Source: Raja brachyura (Eukaryota). From it: a stretch of 64,000 nt of DNA. Where the stretch lies: contig OY740808.1 in NCBI GenBank assembly GCA_963514005.1, positions 12,586,001 to 12,650,000 of the forward strand, given 5' to 3'. A program made the translations under genes and the position numbers. Positions 51,001 to 64,000 of the stretch are shown piece after piece (within the stretch, counting starts at the first letter, position 1; each line of letters starts with the position of its first letter). The notes under the pieces are model-generated. The model was given only the letters and a program-made list of their open reading frames with translations. It did no database searches and was not told where the DNA came from.

Positions 51001-54000
51001 GCGTATGGATAGTCTGAATCCAGGAGGGACGATACTGGTCATTATGTTGGGAAATGAGCTTGGCCAGGTGACTGGTGGTATGCTGGAAGAGCACTTGGGG
51101 ATAGTGACCACACGTTTAGAAGGTTGGTTTGGATAAGGATTGGTCTGGATGTTCACAGAAGCAAAACAGATTAAAATGTCAGTAGGCAGGAACTTGGGAG
51201 CAGTTGTTCTTGAGTATGTCCACAGCTAACATATGGGAGTTATTTAACCAAAGTACATAATCAGCATGTTCCAGTAAGGAGGTTTGATAACGATTGCAAT
51301 GACCACGGAGATTATAAACGTTTTCAGAAACAAAACGGAAACGTACGTCAGATTTAACAAAGTGGCAGTAGCAAAGAGCTCAACCAGGTGATTAGTAGGG
51401 CCAAACCTGTCATGAAATGTAATTGATGAGTTGGGTTAAGGAAAATCCTGCAACTTTTTATACGTATGTTAAAAACAAGAAGGGTGCCAAGAGATACGGC
51501 AGGTCTGATCAAGGATAATGGATGTAGCGGAATTGTTAAGCGAGTTTGTCTGCATCTGTATTCACCAAGTAGAAAGACGTGGATGACCGTGAGATCCGTA
51601 TGGAGAATACAAATATGCTAGGCCACATATGCTGGGGCTTGAGATCGAAAAGAGCGGCAGTGAGGGGCTTGAGGAACATTGAGTTGTATAGGTCCCCTGC
51701 ACCCGTTGGTATCTATCCCAGTTTATTGAGGGAGGGGAGAGGTGATTCCAGTGGTCCTGACAAGAATCCTTGTTGCTTCTCTAGCCGCAGACGAGCACCA
51801 AGAGGACTGGAAAATGAGCAGTTCCCCGTTCCTGGCAGAGAATTCCACAGACTACAACTCTCTGTGTGAAAAAGTGTTTCCTCATATCCGTTCTAAATAG
51901 CTTACCCCTTGTTCTTGTATTGTGGCCCCTTCTTCTGGACCCCCCCCCCCCCCCCCCCCCCAACGTCGGAAACATGTTGCCTGCCTCTGGCGTGTCCAAA
52001 CCCTTAATAATCTTATATGGTTCAATAAACAGTGAAGATTAAATTGGCATTGGCCTGGCATACAGGGAGACCCCGACCAATTTGGATGAAAAGCTTTGGT
52101 CGGACAAATCCATGGCAATTTGCAGGTCAAATAAGATTTCGGAGTTTCTGAAGAAAATATTGCATTTTGGCGAATAGCCGAGAAAGACTGTATGAATGTT
52201 ATCTTTAAAATATGACGAATGGGGAATGGGCAAAGATTTTCTGTAGTTAGTGAAATATAGTATATTGAGTTGGACAGATATTTATGGTTAAATAAAACAC
52301 TAAATCGTCGAATATCTCGAGGGGTCACGCAGCATCTGACCTAAACATCGCCTCTCTATTTATTTCACAATTGCTACCTAACCCGCCGAGTATTCCAGCA
52401 GCTTGTGAATCCAGCATATGTGGTTCTCTTTGCTTTAATTGGTACTCCTTAACTACGTTTGAGTAGCCGAATCACTGACTTAATAGGGTGACTCAGAAGA
52501 ATGAGAGAAATTAGGACTGTTGTACGCAATTATAGGCAATTCGTGATGAGCTATTAATCTAGCCGAGGTTTCTGGTGATGAAGGACATTGTTAGCGAGGA
52601 CATTTATGACTGGTGCGTTTAAGCACTAAAAACATGAATGAGCATTTATTGTGCGGAACGAGAGCATTGTTCGTGCATAAATGGCAGTGATAGCAATGTA
52701 GATAACTGGAGCACCTGCTGCTGTTCAGAAGGACTTGAAATTGCAGGCTGTCAGTCCAATTTGAAGACAGGATGAGGCGAAAACAGCTTGCAGTATAGAG
52801 ATACAGAGGTGCACCAACTGGTTTTCGCCTGCTATAGGGAGAAAAAAGATTTGGTTCATAATTCATTAATTAGATAGGTGTAAAACAATGCAGAGCCAAG
52901 TCAATATCATTTATGGACTTCTGGACAGGAATTTGCATCTGGGGGTTTGGTGTCAAGGACAACACCTAACTACGGAATAGATGGACTCAGTTTTGCCTTC
53001 AGAGCTCACAAAATAATGAGATATTAGAAAGGGAGTTAATTGCTGCGATATTATTGATATTATCGGAGAATCCAAAAGGAATCAAGCGAAGGCCTTGCAT
53101 GCAGTTGAACATTATAGGAGGGGCTTGTCGAGAGGCAAACCCCATTGAGATCTAGTAGTTCTGAGTCACGGTCATGGTCACAAAATTCATTTCTGAGTTT
53201 GTTTGTTTGTGGTTTATTATTATTGTCACGTGTGTCCATTTTGCCAAATTCAAACCGGGAACATAAGAAGAAGGAATAAGTAAGTTGTTTCAGGCTTTAC
53301 CGGGTGTCCCGGGTTGAACGCCATTGAAACTCAAGTGTCACACCCTTTTCCCAACTCCCTTGAATCGCTTAAAGTTCTTCCGATATCAATCTGTTTGAGT
53401 ATCGGCAAGCATATGGAGTAAAGTGTCCAAAACATTAGAATCGCATCCAGCCAAAAATACTTTTCTTTTCAGTCCTGATTACCCAACCCATTATCTGAAG
53501 ATGAAATCAGGCAGAAATATAAAATCGAGTTAGAAATCACTTAAGCGGTCAATTAGAAGAGCCAAAAGGGGGCATGATACGGTTTTGTCGAGCTAGATTA
53601 AAGATCGCAAGGCTTTTTATACCTAAATTAAATGCAAGAGGGTAACCAGAAAGATGGTAACTCGAGGATAACGGGAAGAATTTCTGCTCTGTGTCAAAGG
53701 ATATAGGCTAGGTATTAAATGAGTATGTTGTATGTATTTTCATCAAGGAGAAGGACAAGGAGGAGAGTGAGATCTATGTGGCGAATATTCATATGCAAGG
53801 GCACTGTGTGATTAAGTAGGTGTTGGGTGTCTTGAGGGGCAGTGTGCATGAATGGACAGATTATTGAGAGACACGAAAGACGAGTTTGCAGTAGCCATGA
53901 GAAAGATCTCTGCACCTTCTCTAGCAGTTAATACGTTTACAGATGACAGCTAGATTGTTGAGGTTGCGGACAGTGAGGAAAGCTGTCAAAGTATACAGCA

Positions 54001-55628
54001 GGATAGAGACTAGGTATAAAAATGAGAGATGAAATGATAGATGCAGATTAACCAGAGCATTGACGTGGTGGGGGTGGCGTCGATTGTAAGGGGAAATATA
54101 CGAGATTAATAACAACAGTATTGATGTACAGAGGAATTTTGGGAACCAAGTCTATGTCTCCCTCAGTGGCAACACTACTATATTGAGTGGTCAAAAAGCA
54201 TATTTATGTTTTCCTTCATTGGGCAGGGCATTCAGGATAAGGGCAGGCGAGACATGATGCTACTTTTAGGACTTTTGTTAGGATGCATTTCGTGTACTGT
54301 CATCATTTCCTGTCGCCCCAATACTAGATGGAAGTGGAGGCCTTGGAAAAGGCGCAGAGGATGTTTACCAGCATGATACCTGAATTAGGGGTATTAGCTA
54401 CGAGCAGAGGTTGGACAGAATTGGGTTGTTTTATCTGTAACCGTTGACGATGAGGGGAGGCCTGCTAGAAATATATAAAATTTTGAGAATCATAGATAGG
54501 GCAGAGAATCATTACCATTTCCCCTCAGAATGGAAATATTAAGGGCTAGATGACATAGCTTCAAGGTGAGAGACGCATGGACATTTTATATACAGAGGTT
54601 GGTGAGGACCCGGAAGGCGTTGGCGAGGTGGTGGTCGTGGCACAGGCAACAGTGGCATTTGTAAGACTTCTGGATACGGATCCTGTGCACGCAGGTAATA
54701 TTTGGTTTTGGCATCACCTCGGCAAATAAATGGAGTGCCGAAAGGCTTGTTCGTGTGCTGTGCTGTATATGTTCTGCGCGTTGGGGATACTGCAAACTTT
54801 AGTTTGCACTCATCAACCAGGAGAAATAACGTCTGCACCTTTTCCTGCCAAGACCACTAAGTTTTATATATTACAGTGGCTGATACATTGTATATAGTGG
54901 AGCGGCACAGTGGCGCACCTGGTAAAGCAGCTGGCTCGACAGCACCAGAGACCAGGGTTCGATCCTGAGCTCGGATGCTGTCTGTGAGGAGTTTACACAT
55001 TCTCCACGTGAAGTCGTGGGTTGCCTCCCACATCCCAAAGATTGCGGGTTCATAGGTTAATTGGCCTCTGTAAAATTGCCCCACACTGTGTTGGGGGAGG
55101 TACTAGGCTACACTTCTCAGTCGTTCCTCACAGCGTGCACTTATCCCGCTAATCAGCTCAGCAGGAACCTACCAAGAACTTCAGTAACTCAATTAGGTGA
55201 GGAAAGTAAAACTATATGTGATACTCCATTTGTGCTAGCGCCCTATATAAATGCAGAAAGACCATATTACTCTCGCTCACCACCAGCCCCGCCCATTTAA
55301 TGCACAGATGAAATAGCATGGAACTGCTAAGTGAATAGTATTAGCAAGGTCACGTATGACGATTAACGTCTGTCCTCGAATGCGTTTCTACATGAGCGCG
55401 CCATTTTGTTTGTGTGTGTGCGTGTGCGCGCGCGCGACTATATGAACCAATTTATAATCACACCAGTTTATAACATAACGTTCGGCAGCATTTATCACCG
55501 GTTCTTCCATAAGGTAAAATATTGGAGGTTGATTGAATACATTTGATTTTCTCTGATCAGAAATACAAATCCAACAAATGTTTTGCTCTTAAGATTGAAT
55601 TATTGATTTTAGTCGAGAGTTGTATTTG

Positions 55629-57615
55629 CTATCTCTTTACGCAGATGATCTGTTATTATTTATTTCTAACCCTGAGAAATCTATTCCGGCAATAGTAGCA
55701 ATTCAGTATTTTCTGGTTATAAACTAAATCTTAGTAAGAGTGAGCTTGTTCCATTAAATAATCTTGTTTTGAATTATGGTCAGTTTCCATTTGGATTGAC
55801 TACCGAAAGTTTTCCTTATTTAGGCATTAAGATCACCAAGAAACACAAGGATTTATTTAAAGTCAATTTTATGCCTTTAATTGACCATATTAAACATCTG
55901 TTTACTGAATGGTCACCAATGTCCTTATCCCTAATTGGCTGAATCAATGCTATGAAAATGTTCATTTTAGCTAAATATCTGTATTTATTTGAGACGATAC
56001 CAATTTTTATTGCCAAATCTTTCTTTGACATTATAGACTCCAAACTTTCTTCATATAGAAGGCAGAATAAAAGTCCCAGACTAAGTAAAAAACATTTACA
56101 GAAATAAAAAATAAGTGGCGGTTTGGCATTGCCGAATGTTAGATTTTACTATTGGGCAGTCAATGTTCGTTATTTAACATTTTGAATAAAAGGTTTAGAA
56201 GATACCCAATGCCCAGGATGGATAAACCTTGAACGTGATTCCTTACAAGGGCTATCATTGGCCTCTATTTTAGGGGCCTCGTTACCTTTCACAATTACGA
56301 GATTGAATAAATATACGATTAACCCAATAATAATGGTAATAATGGAATATGGTTTCAATTTCGTAAGTTTTTTGGACTAAATGATTTTATCTTATCGAGT
56401 CCTATTTTATCCAATTTTCTGTTCCAACCATCTAGTAATGATCAAGTCTTTTTGTTTTGGAAGAGGAAGTGTTTAGTTGCTTTTCGTGATTTGTTTTTGC
56501 AGGGTTATATTATGTCTTTCGAACAACTCTCCAATAATTATAACTTACCTAATTCACACTTTTTTAGATATTTACAAATTTGACACTTTTTGAAGGGTAC
56601 TCTCCCCCTTTCATCGCTACCACATCAAACCGAAGTTTTGAAATTTTTTTTACAGCTGAACCCGCATCAGAAAGGATTAATAACGACTATTTATGAGCTG
56701 ATTTTGAAATTACAAATAGATACATTTGATAAAATTAAGAATGACTGGGAAAGAGAACTCCAAACTTCTTTATCTATAGAGAAATGGGAGAGGATTTTTC
56801 GATTAGTCAATACCTCTTCAATGTGTGCAAGACACGCTTTGATACAATTCAAGTGGTTCACAGACATATGTCAAAGAGGTTTGACATATGTCAAAAGATA
56901 AGTTAGCTCGTTTCTGTGGTCATATAAACCCTAACTGTGACAGATGTAACTCTGAAGTGGCATCTCTGACCCATATGTTTTGGTCCTGCCCACTTTTGGA
57001 AAAATATTGGAAAAACATTTTTCATACTATTTCTGTAGTCTTAGGTATTGATTTACAACTTATTACTGCAATTTTTGGGCTACCAACGTTAGATTCTATT
57101 CATCTGTCCCGCTCTGCGCATCGGTTGATTGCTTTTACCACATTAATCGCCAGAAGATCTATTTTATTTACATGGAAATACTCCAACCCTCCGACCACAC
57201 TCCAGTGGTATTCTGAAACAACATCATGTTAAAATTTAGAAAAAATTAGGAGTGACATTGTTGAATCCTTGGTTACATTTTATAAGACTTGGGGAACATT
57301 TATTGAACACTTTCATACAATATAAATTGCTCTTTAACCGTTATACAAACTATTTTTCCTTTTTTCTTTTTCTTTTTGTCTTTTTCTTTTTGTGTTTTTT
57401 GCTACAGTCATAAGTTTTCTTTTAAAGATTTAATTATATTTACATAGAGACCAGGAGGTCTATACTCAATGTGTATTTTGACATTGGTCTCATATCACGT
57501 TATACCTGTTATTAATGTAACCCTGATCGCTATGTATCAATATCATTGTTATGTTTATCACTTTTTGCTCAGTTTTAAAAAAAAGTTTTATTTTTGTTTT
57601 CGTTAGAAAAAAAAC
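55629..57615 (+). mobile_element. L1/Tx1-clade LINE 3' half at the array breakpoint
   Basis: SLYADDLLLFISNP, YLGIKITK, GGLALPN.RFYYWA and CDRC..LTHMFWSC motifs, with stops and frameshifts. A-rich 3' end. Confidence 0.85.
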
Positions 57616-60600
57616 CTCTGCCCAAACCCCAAACTTCTCGAAAAAGAATTACATCATAAATCACGCTGTTACATTTTAGTTTGCAGCATTTGCTCACTGC
57701 TTACAGAGGGTCACAAGTTCAAACCTCACTAAAGAGGTCTGACACATTCACCTTCATACATCCTTGAAGAAATGTTTCATTGTTGGGTGAGAACTTTATA
57801 CCCAACTCTAGTCAATTATCTCAAAAGACACTCCAAAAATAAATTAGAGCACGGCCCGAGGTGGGGTAGAGGTGCAAGCAAAAAATAACAATGCTGTACA
57901 AAGACACATGGGGGTCCTTGTTATTACATGGTCTATACCATGTGTGGGTAAAATTCCATGACTTTTCATACATTTGTCTAAATGCCTCTTAAATGTAGCT
58001 ATCTTGTCTGTTTCCACCGCCTCTACAGCTGTGCATGCTAGCCACCAACCACTGTCTGTGAAAAAAATACTTGCATCATACATTTAAAAAAAACCCATTT
58101 CACCTTAAAGCTGTGCCTGCCAAAATCTGACATTTCCTTGTGAAAAAAACTGACTACTTGCCCTAACTATGCCTCTCACAATCGTATGTCCTTCTGTAGG
58201 TCACCGCTGAACCTCTGACTCTCCAGAGAAAAACAAATTCCTCAGAGCCGATACCCATTATTGAGGCAACATCCTGGTGAATTTCTTCTGCAGCCTCTCC
58301 AAAGCCTTCACATCTTTCCTTCAATGTGACAACCAGAATGTACAGTATACAATGCTGCAAATGTGGGCTACATAAACTTTTATGCAACTATAAAATGGAC
58401 AGGAAAGGTTTAGAAGGATATTGGGCAAACTCAGGAAAATGGGACTAACATAGATGGACATCTAAGTGGGCATGAACGAGTTGAGCTGATAAGCCTGTTT
58501 CCATGGAGTAAAATGGCCTCTCAAATTTTATATTCACTGCCCCAAATGATAAAAGCAACTATGCTAAAAAACAATCTTTACCACATTAAGTACTTGTGTT
58601 GCCACTTTCAATAACCCCAAGATCCCTCTGTACATTAATGTTCCAAACAGTCCTATCATTAATTGTACACATTTCTCTTATGCTTGACTTCCTAAATACA
58701 TCACTTGTCAAGATTAACCCGTCATTTATCTGTCCAAATTTCCAACTGGTCTATATCTTGCTGAATCATTTGATAGCAAATGTCACTGTCCACACTGTTC
58801 GCTATCTTTTGTGTTGTTTGCAAACTTACTATTCTGCCCACCTACATTTATATCCAAGGTGGACACAAAATGCTGCAGTAACTTAGCAGAACAGGCAGCA
58901 TCTCTGGAGGGAAGGAATGGGTGACATTTCGGGTCGAGACCCTTCTACAGACATTTATATCCAAGTCATTTCACAAACAGAGGCCCCACCACTGATATTT
59001 GTGGAACACACCTGTTTTTATTCTAGAGAAGGATATGAAGACTTAAAGTACTTGGGAAAGTCAATACAGATATCTCAAGGACATTCCAGACAGTGGAGAA
59101 GGTTCAGGACATCTTAAAATGTAAGGTAGATACATCCCCCAAACCTGATCAGGAATTCCCAAGGATGCAATGGGAAGCAAGAGAAGAGATTGCAGGATTC
59201 CTGGCATACAAATCATCAGAAGATACAAATGAGCTGCTGGAAGACTGGGGAGTGGCTAATGTTGTTCCTTTATTTAAGGACTGCAAAGAAAACCTGCAAA
59301 CTATTGACCAGTGAGCCGAACATCCATGGTAGGAAATTTACTGGCGAGGAATCTGGGGTATTAGATATACATTCGTTTAGAAAGATAGGGATTGATTTGG
59401 GATAGTCAACCTGGTTTTGTGCACGGGGGATCATGTCTCACAAATTTGATAGAGTATTTTGAAGAAGTAACCAAGAGGTTGGTGAGGACAGGGCCCTAAA
59501 TGTAGTCTATATGGACATCTGTAAGGCCAGTGATAATGATTTGCACTGCAGACTGTTCTGGGCAGTGAGATTGCATGGGATCCAGAAAGAGCTAGCTAAA
59601 TGGATGCAGAATTGGCTTCATGTGGCCAATTGTGAATCTAATCTACTAAATTACTGTGGATCACATGCGACTTCATCTTTTGGATCAGTCTACCTTGAGG
59701 GACCTTGTCAAATGCTTTTAGTAGAGTCCATAAATATAACTTTCACTGCCCTACCCTCAATCATCTTGGTCACTTCTTCAAAGATTTAGACATTAATTTC
59801 CATGCTGAGGCTTAACAAGAAAGGCAAAGAATCTCAGGGCATGGCATGTGAACTGGTAGCTCAATGTTCCAGGATAAATATGCTATGGACGTGTTAGAGG
59901 TGCAAGCATGATAGAAGGGGGTCGCCAATTTGAGGAGGCAGAAGTAAACACAGATATATAGACTTAAGGAGGATAGAGATATAGAATCATGTGCAGAGAG
60001 ATTGCAGATAGCTCTGAACATTGAGAAATTCCTTGTATGTTGCAAAACATACTTGGCGAATAAAGTGTGATTCTGATTAGTGGAACATTCTAACTTCCCT
60101 AATATTGATTGGGTCCCCCAAAGTGTAAAGGGCTTGAACAGGGTGGAATTTGTTAAATGCGACCAAAAAATCTTCCTTAATCAATATTTAGAGGGCCGTA
60201 CCAGAGAGGGCGCAACATTGGATCTCTTCTTGGGGAGGGAGGAACGCCAAGTGACTGAGGTGTCAGTGAAGAAACACTTTGTGACCATAATTCCAATAAT
60301 TTTTAACTAATTATGGCGATAGTTATGGATGAAAGGGCCTGGATCTATGCTCGATAGTGGTTCAGGGCAAGATCACATCTGGAATATATACTAGTCTAAT
60401 CTCTCTAACCCAAGGAGATCCAATCTCTTTAACCCAAACGAAAGGAATATTGCATTGAGAGAGAGCAAAAAAGATTCACCATATTAATTCTCAGAATGAC
60501 ATGTTTGTTTTATAGGAAGAGATTAAGCAGATGCTACTTACTCTTTCTTGAGTTTAGTAAAATGACAAAAGATCTTATTGAAGCATTTCTTTATATGCCT

Positions 60601-61295
60601 AATCAGGGCAGTTGCAAGTTAATGCTTTCCCTGGCTTGGTTGTCCAGAACCAGGGATGAGAGTCCTAAAATAGACAAATAGAAATAAAAGATATTCCCTC
60701 AACCAAAGGGTGGCACATTTTTGGAAATCCCTATCCTGGAGATTCAGCATATTCAAAACAGAAATCAAGAGTTTATTAAAGGATTGATGAGATATGGTGA
60801 TTGAGCTGTAAAGTAACGCTAAGGTTAAAAAAGGCAGCCAAGATCTTGAATGGAAGCTCTAAGTTAATTGACATACATGTACTGCTATTTGTTCTGTTCT
60901 TACAAATATATCTATGCAAAACATTTCTCTAAAGAGCTAGAGCAACTCAGCGGGTCAGGCATCATCTCTGGAGGACGTGGAAGGGTGACATTTCGGGTTG
61001 AGACCCTTCCTCAAGCTTAATTTGTCAGAAGGGTCGCAACCCAAAACCATGTCCTCCAGAGATGCTTTGTGTGTTTGCAGACTATCGCTAATCAACCCAT
61101 TTGCAGACTATCCCTAATCAACCCGTCTTTACAAATGTAATACATCATCCTGCAGATTTGTACATTTTTTCTGCATCTAGCTTGTCCAGTCCTTTTATAA
61201 TTTTATATGTTTCTATAAGATACCTCCTCATCCTTCTAAACTCCAGTGAATACAAGCCTAGTCTTTTCAAGCTTTCCTCTATGTTTCTATGTGTG
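57616..61295. other. Non-array DNA made up of old CR1 and other repeat fragments in both orientations
   Basis: Degenerate WGVANVVPLFK, NFPNIDW and LGLYSLEFRRMR fragments. Not collinear with the 18-kb unit. Confidence 0.65.
58860..58952 (-). mobile_element. Short Penelope-type elasmobranch repeat with a degenerate minimal hammerhead core (relatives near 2713-2830, 5580-5722, 18525-18570, 60930-61070)
   Basis: Minus strand reads CTGTAGA-AGGGTCTCGACCC-GAAATGTC followed by ccagagatgctgcc...gttactgcagcattttgtgtc. Confidence 0.55.
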
Positions 61296-63770
61296 TACGA
61301 ATTTGCGCCTTGCGACTCAGTGTTACCTTCAGGGCTCACAAAATAATGAGATTTTAGAAAGGGTTAATTGCTGCGATATTATTGATATTATCGGATATGT
61401 CAAAAAGGAATCAAGGGAAGGCCTTCCATGCAGTTGAACATTACAGGAGGGGCCTTGTCGAGAGGCAAACCCCATTGAGATCTAGAAGTTTCGTGCCACG
61501 ATCATGGTCACAAAATTCATTTCTGAGTTTGTTTGCTGTTTATCATTATTGTCACGTGTCTCCGTTTTGCCAAATTGAAACCGGGAACATAAGAAGAAGG
61601 AATAAGTAAGTTGTTCAAGGCTTCACCGGGAGTCATGGGTTCAACGTGTGCTTTGCATCAAGGGATATAGGTGAGGTATTAAATGAGTACGTTGTATGTC
61701 TTTTCACCAAGGAGAAGGACAAGGAGGAGAGTGAGATTAATGTGGCGAATATTCATGTGCAAGGGCACCCTGTGATTACGAAGTAGGTGTTGGGAGTCTT
61801 GAGGGGCAGCGTGCACGAATGGCCAGATTATTGAGAGACACAAAAGACAAGTTTGCAGTAGCCATGACAAAGATCTCTGCACCTTCTCTAGCAGTTAATA
61901 AGTTTACAGATGGCAGCTAGATTGTTTGGGTTGCGGACAGTGAGGAAGGCTGTCAAAGTATACAGCGGGATAGAGACTAAGTATAAAAATGAGAGATGAA
62001 AGGATAGATGCAGATCAACTCTAGCATTGAAGTGCTGGGGGAGGGTTTGATTGTAAGGGGAAATATACGAGATGCTGCCTGACCAGCATTTTGTGTCTGC
62101 TTTCGATTAATAAAAACAGCATTGATGTACAGAGGAATTTTGGGAGCCAAGTCTATGTCTGAGTGGTGAGAACGCATATTTTATGTTTTCCTTCATTGGG
62201 CAGGGCATTCAGGATAAGGATAGGCGCGTCATGATGCTACTTTTAGGACTTTTGTTAGGCTGCATTTTGTGTACTGCCATCATTTCCTGTCGCCCCAATA
62301 CTAGATGGAAGTGGAGGCCTTGGGAAAGGCGCAGAGGATGTTTACCAGCATGATACCTGAATTAGGGGTATTAACTACGAGCGAGGTTGGACAGAATCGG
62401 GTTTTTTTAATCTGTAACCGTTGACGATGAGGGGAGACCGGCTAGAAATATGTAAAATTATGAGAGTTATAGATAGGGCAGAGAATCATTACCATTTCCA
62501 CCCAGAATGGAAATATCGTGGACGAGATGACATAGCTTTAAGGTGAGAGACGCATGGACATTTTATATACAGAGGTTGGTGAGGACCCGGAAGGCGTTGG
62601 CGAGGGTGGTGGTGGCGGCACAAGCAACAGTGGCAATTGTAAGACTTCTGGATACGGATCATGAGCACGAAGATAAGATTTGGTTTTGGCATCATGTCGG
62701 CAAAGACATGGAGTGCCGAAAGGCTTGTTCGTGTGCTGTGCTGTACTATGTTCAGCGCTTTGTGGATACTATAAACTTTAGTTGCACTCATCAATGAGGA
62801 GAAATAACGTCTGCACCTTTCCTGCCAAGACCACTAAGAGTTTCATATATTACAGTGGCTGATATATTATATACTGTGGCGCACCTGGTAGAGCAGCTGC
62901 CTCGACAGCGCCAGAGACCAGGGTTCGATCCTGAGCTCAGGTGCTGTCTGTGAGGAGTTTAAACATTCTCCACGTGTGTCGCGGGTTGCAGTTCCTCGCA
63001 GCGTGCACTTATCCCGCTCATCAGCTCAGCAGGAACCAACCAAAAACTTCAGTACCTTTATTAGGCGAGGAAAGTAAAACTACGTGTGATACTCCATGTG
63101 TGCTAGCGCCCTATATAAAGGTAGAAAGACCATATTACTCTCACTCCCAACCAGCCCCACCCATTTAATTCCCAGATGAAATAGCTTGGAATTGCTAAGT
63201 GAATAGTATCAGCAAGGTCACATATAACGATTACTGTCTGTCCTCGAATGCGTTTCTACATGAGCGCGCCATTTTGTTCGTGTGTGCGCGTGTGCGCGAC
63301 TATATGAACCAATTTATAATCACACCAGTTTATAACATAACGTTCGGCGCCATTTATCACCGATTCTTCCATAAGGTAAAATAATGAAGGTTGATTAAAT
63401 ATATTTGATTTTCTCTGATCAGAAATGAAAATCCAACAAATGTATTGCTCATAAGATTGAATTATTGATTTTAGTCGAGAGTTGTATTTGAAAATGTTAA
63501 TAACGTGGGTAAGCAAAATAAAACTGAATGTAATCTTTAAACCACTGTATTTTAATTAATATTTGGGAATGCATCTAACAGATTGAATAACATTGGAGTT
63601 TCAATTCACAACGAGCTGCTTCGATGGAATGACGTTTGCAAACAGCGAGACAAAGGACAATTTTAAGGCAAATGCTAGTCGATAACAGAGAATATTTGTA
63701 TATCAATTTTTGACAAATGAAAGACGGAGAAAAACTATTTTTCAGCTTGATTAGTTGGAATCTATAAGTT

Positions 63771-64000
63771 TTACAGACAGCCGGACCTGGCGATGTTTCC
63801 GTGCACCGGGCTTGCCCGCGACTCGTGTTTAACCACACAGGAGTAAAGCTCGTGTGAGTTCCAGACTGTGACTGGCAGAGTCAGGTAACTGCTCGCACTG
63901 AACGTGTTGTCCGCCTCCTGTTGGATTGGGCTGGTTTCAACGCCATCACTTCTCGCACTGCCGTCCACAGTCCAGTCAATTTCCACAGCACCCGGATTAA
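63771..64000 (-). CDS. IGL: Ig lambda-type light chain copy 4, constant exon (5' part lies beyond the window)
   Basis: ...NPGAVEIDWTVDGSARSDG...YSCVVKHESRASPVHGNIARSGCL*, homologous to C1-C3. Confidence 0.93.
   Translation of the reverse strand, partial: NPGAVEIDWTVDGSARSDGVETSPIQQEADNTFSASSYLTLPVTVWNSHELYSCVVKHESRASPVHGNIARSGCL

Larger units (their letters stand above)
1..64000. repeat. Head-to-tail tandem segmental duplication, unit about 18 kb
   Basis: C stops at 1733, 20093 and 37878. Anchor ccctcagtggcaacac recurs near 111, 18630, 35361 and 54160. Spacers are collinear apart from copy-specific TE insertions and deletions. Confidence 0.95.

Noticed and set aside
51940-51961. Poly-C tract (and poly-G at about 5429-5457) as functional G-quadruplexes
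   Set aside because: Copy-specific homopolymer expansions whose lengths are unreliable in assemblies.

Overview
Eukaryotic genomic DNA from a cartilaginous fish, probably a skate or ray (inferred from HE1/V-SINE, CR1 and Penelope-type repeats and from the Ig sequences). The window is a head-to-tail tandem array (period about 18 kb) of immunoglobulin lambda-type (elasmobranch type II/NS3-like) light-chain miniloci on the minus strand. Three copies are complete and in frame: leader exon 49 nt, germline-joined VJ exon 345 nt, C exon 323 nt, giving a 238-aa precursor, with canonical GT-AG sites and no RSS between V and J. A fourth C exon is cut off by the window end. At about 55.6 kb, where the next gene is expected, the 3' flank is present but the gene is absent; an L1 fragment and about 4 kb of unrelated repeat DNA lie there instead. 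The spacers share an old nested-retroelement scaffold and carry copy-specific insertions (CR1, L1, Rex1/Babar, Gypsy fragment, a TIR element and a Helitron), which can be mapped by comparison with the empty paralogous sites. Notable points: a Helitron carrying a phased array of Ig octamer motifs upstream of copy 3; paralog differences enriched in CDRs and including doublet substitutions; a palindrome-associated change that creates an extra Cys in C1; an altered J FGxG motif in two of three copies; and two different LINEs inserted at the same site in different copies. All calls are by eye, without database searches.
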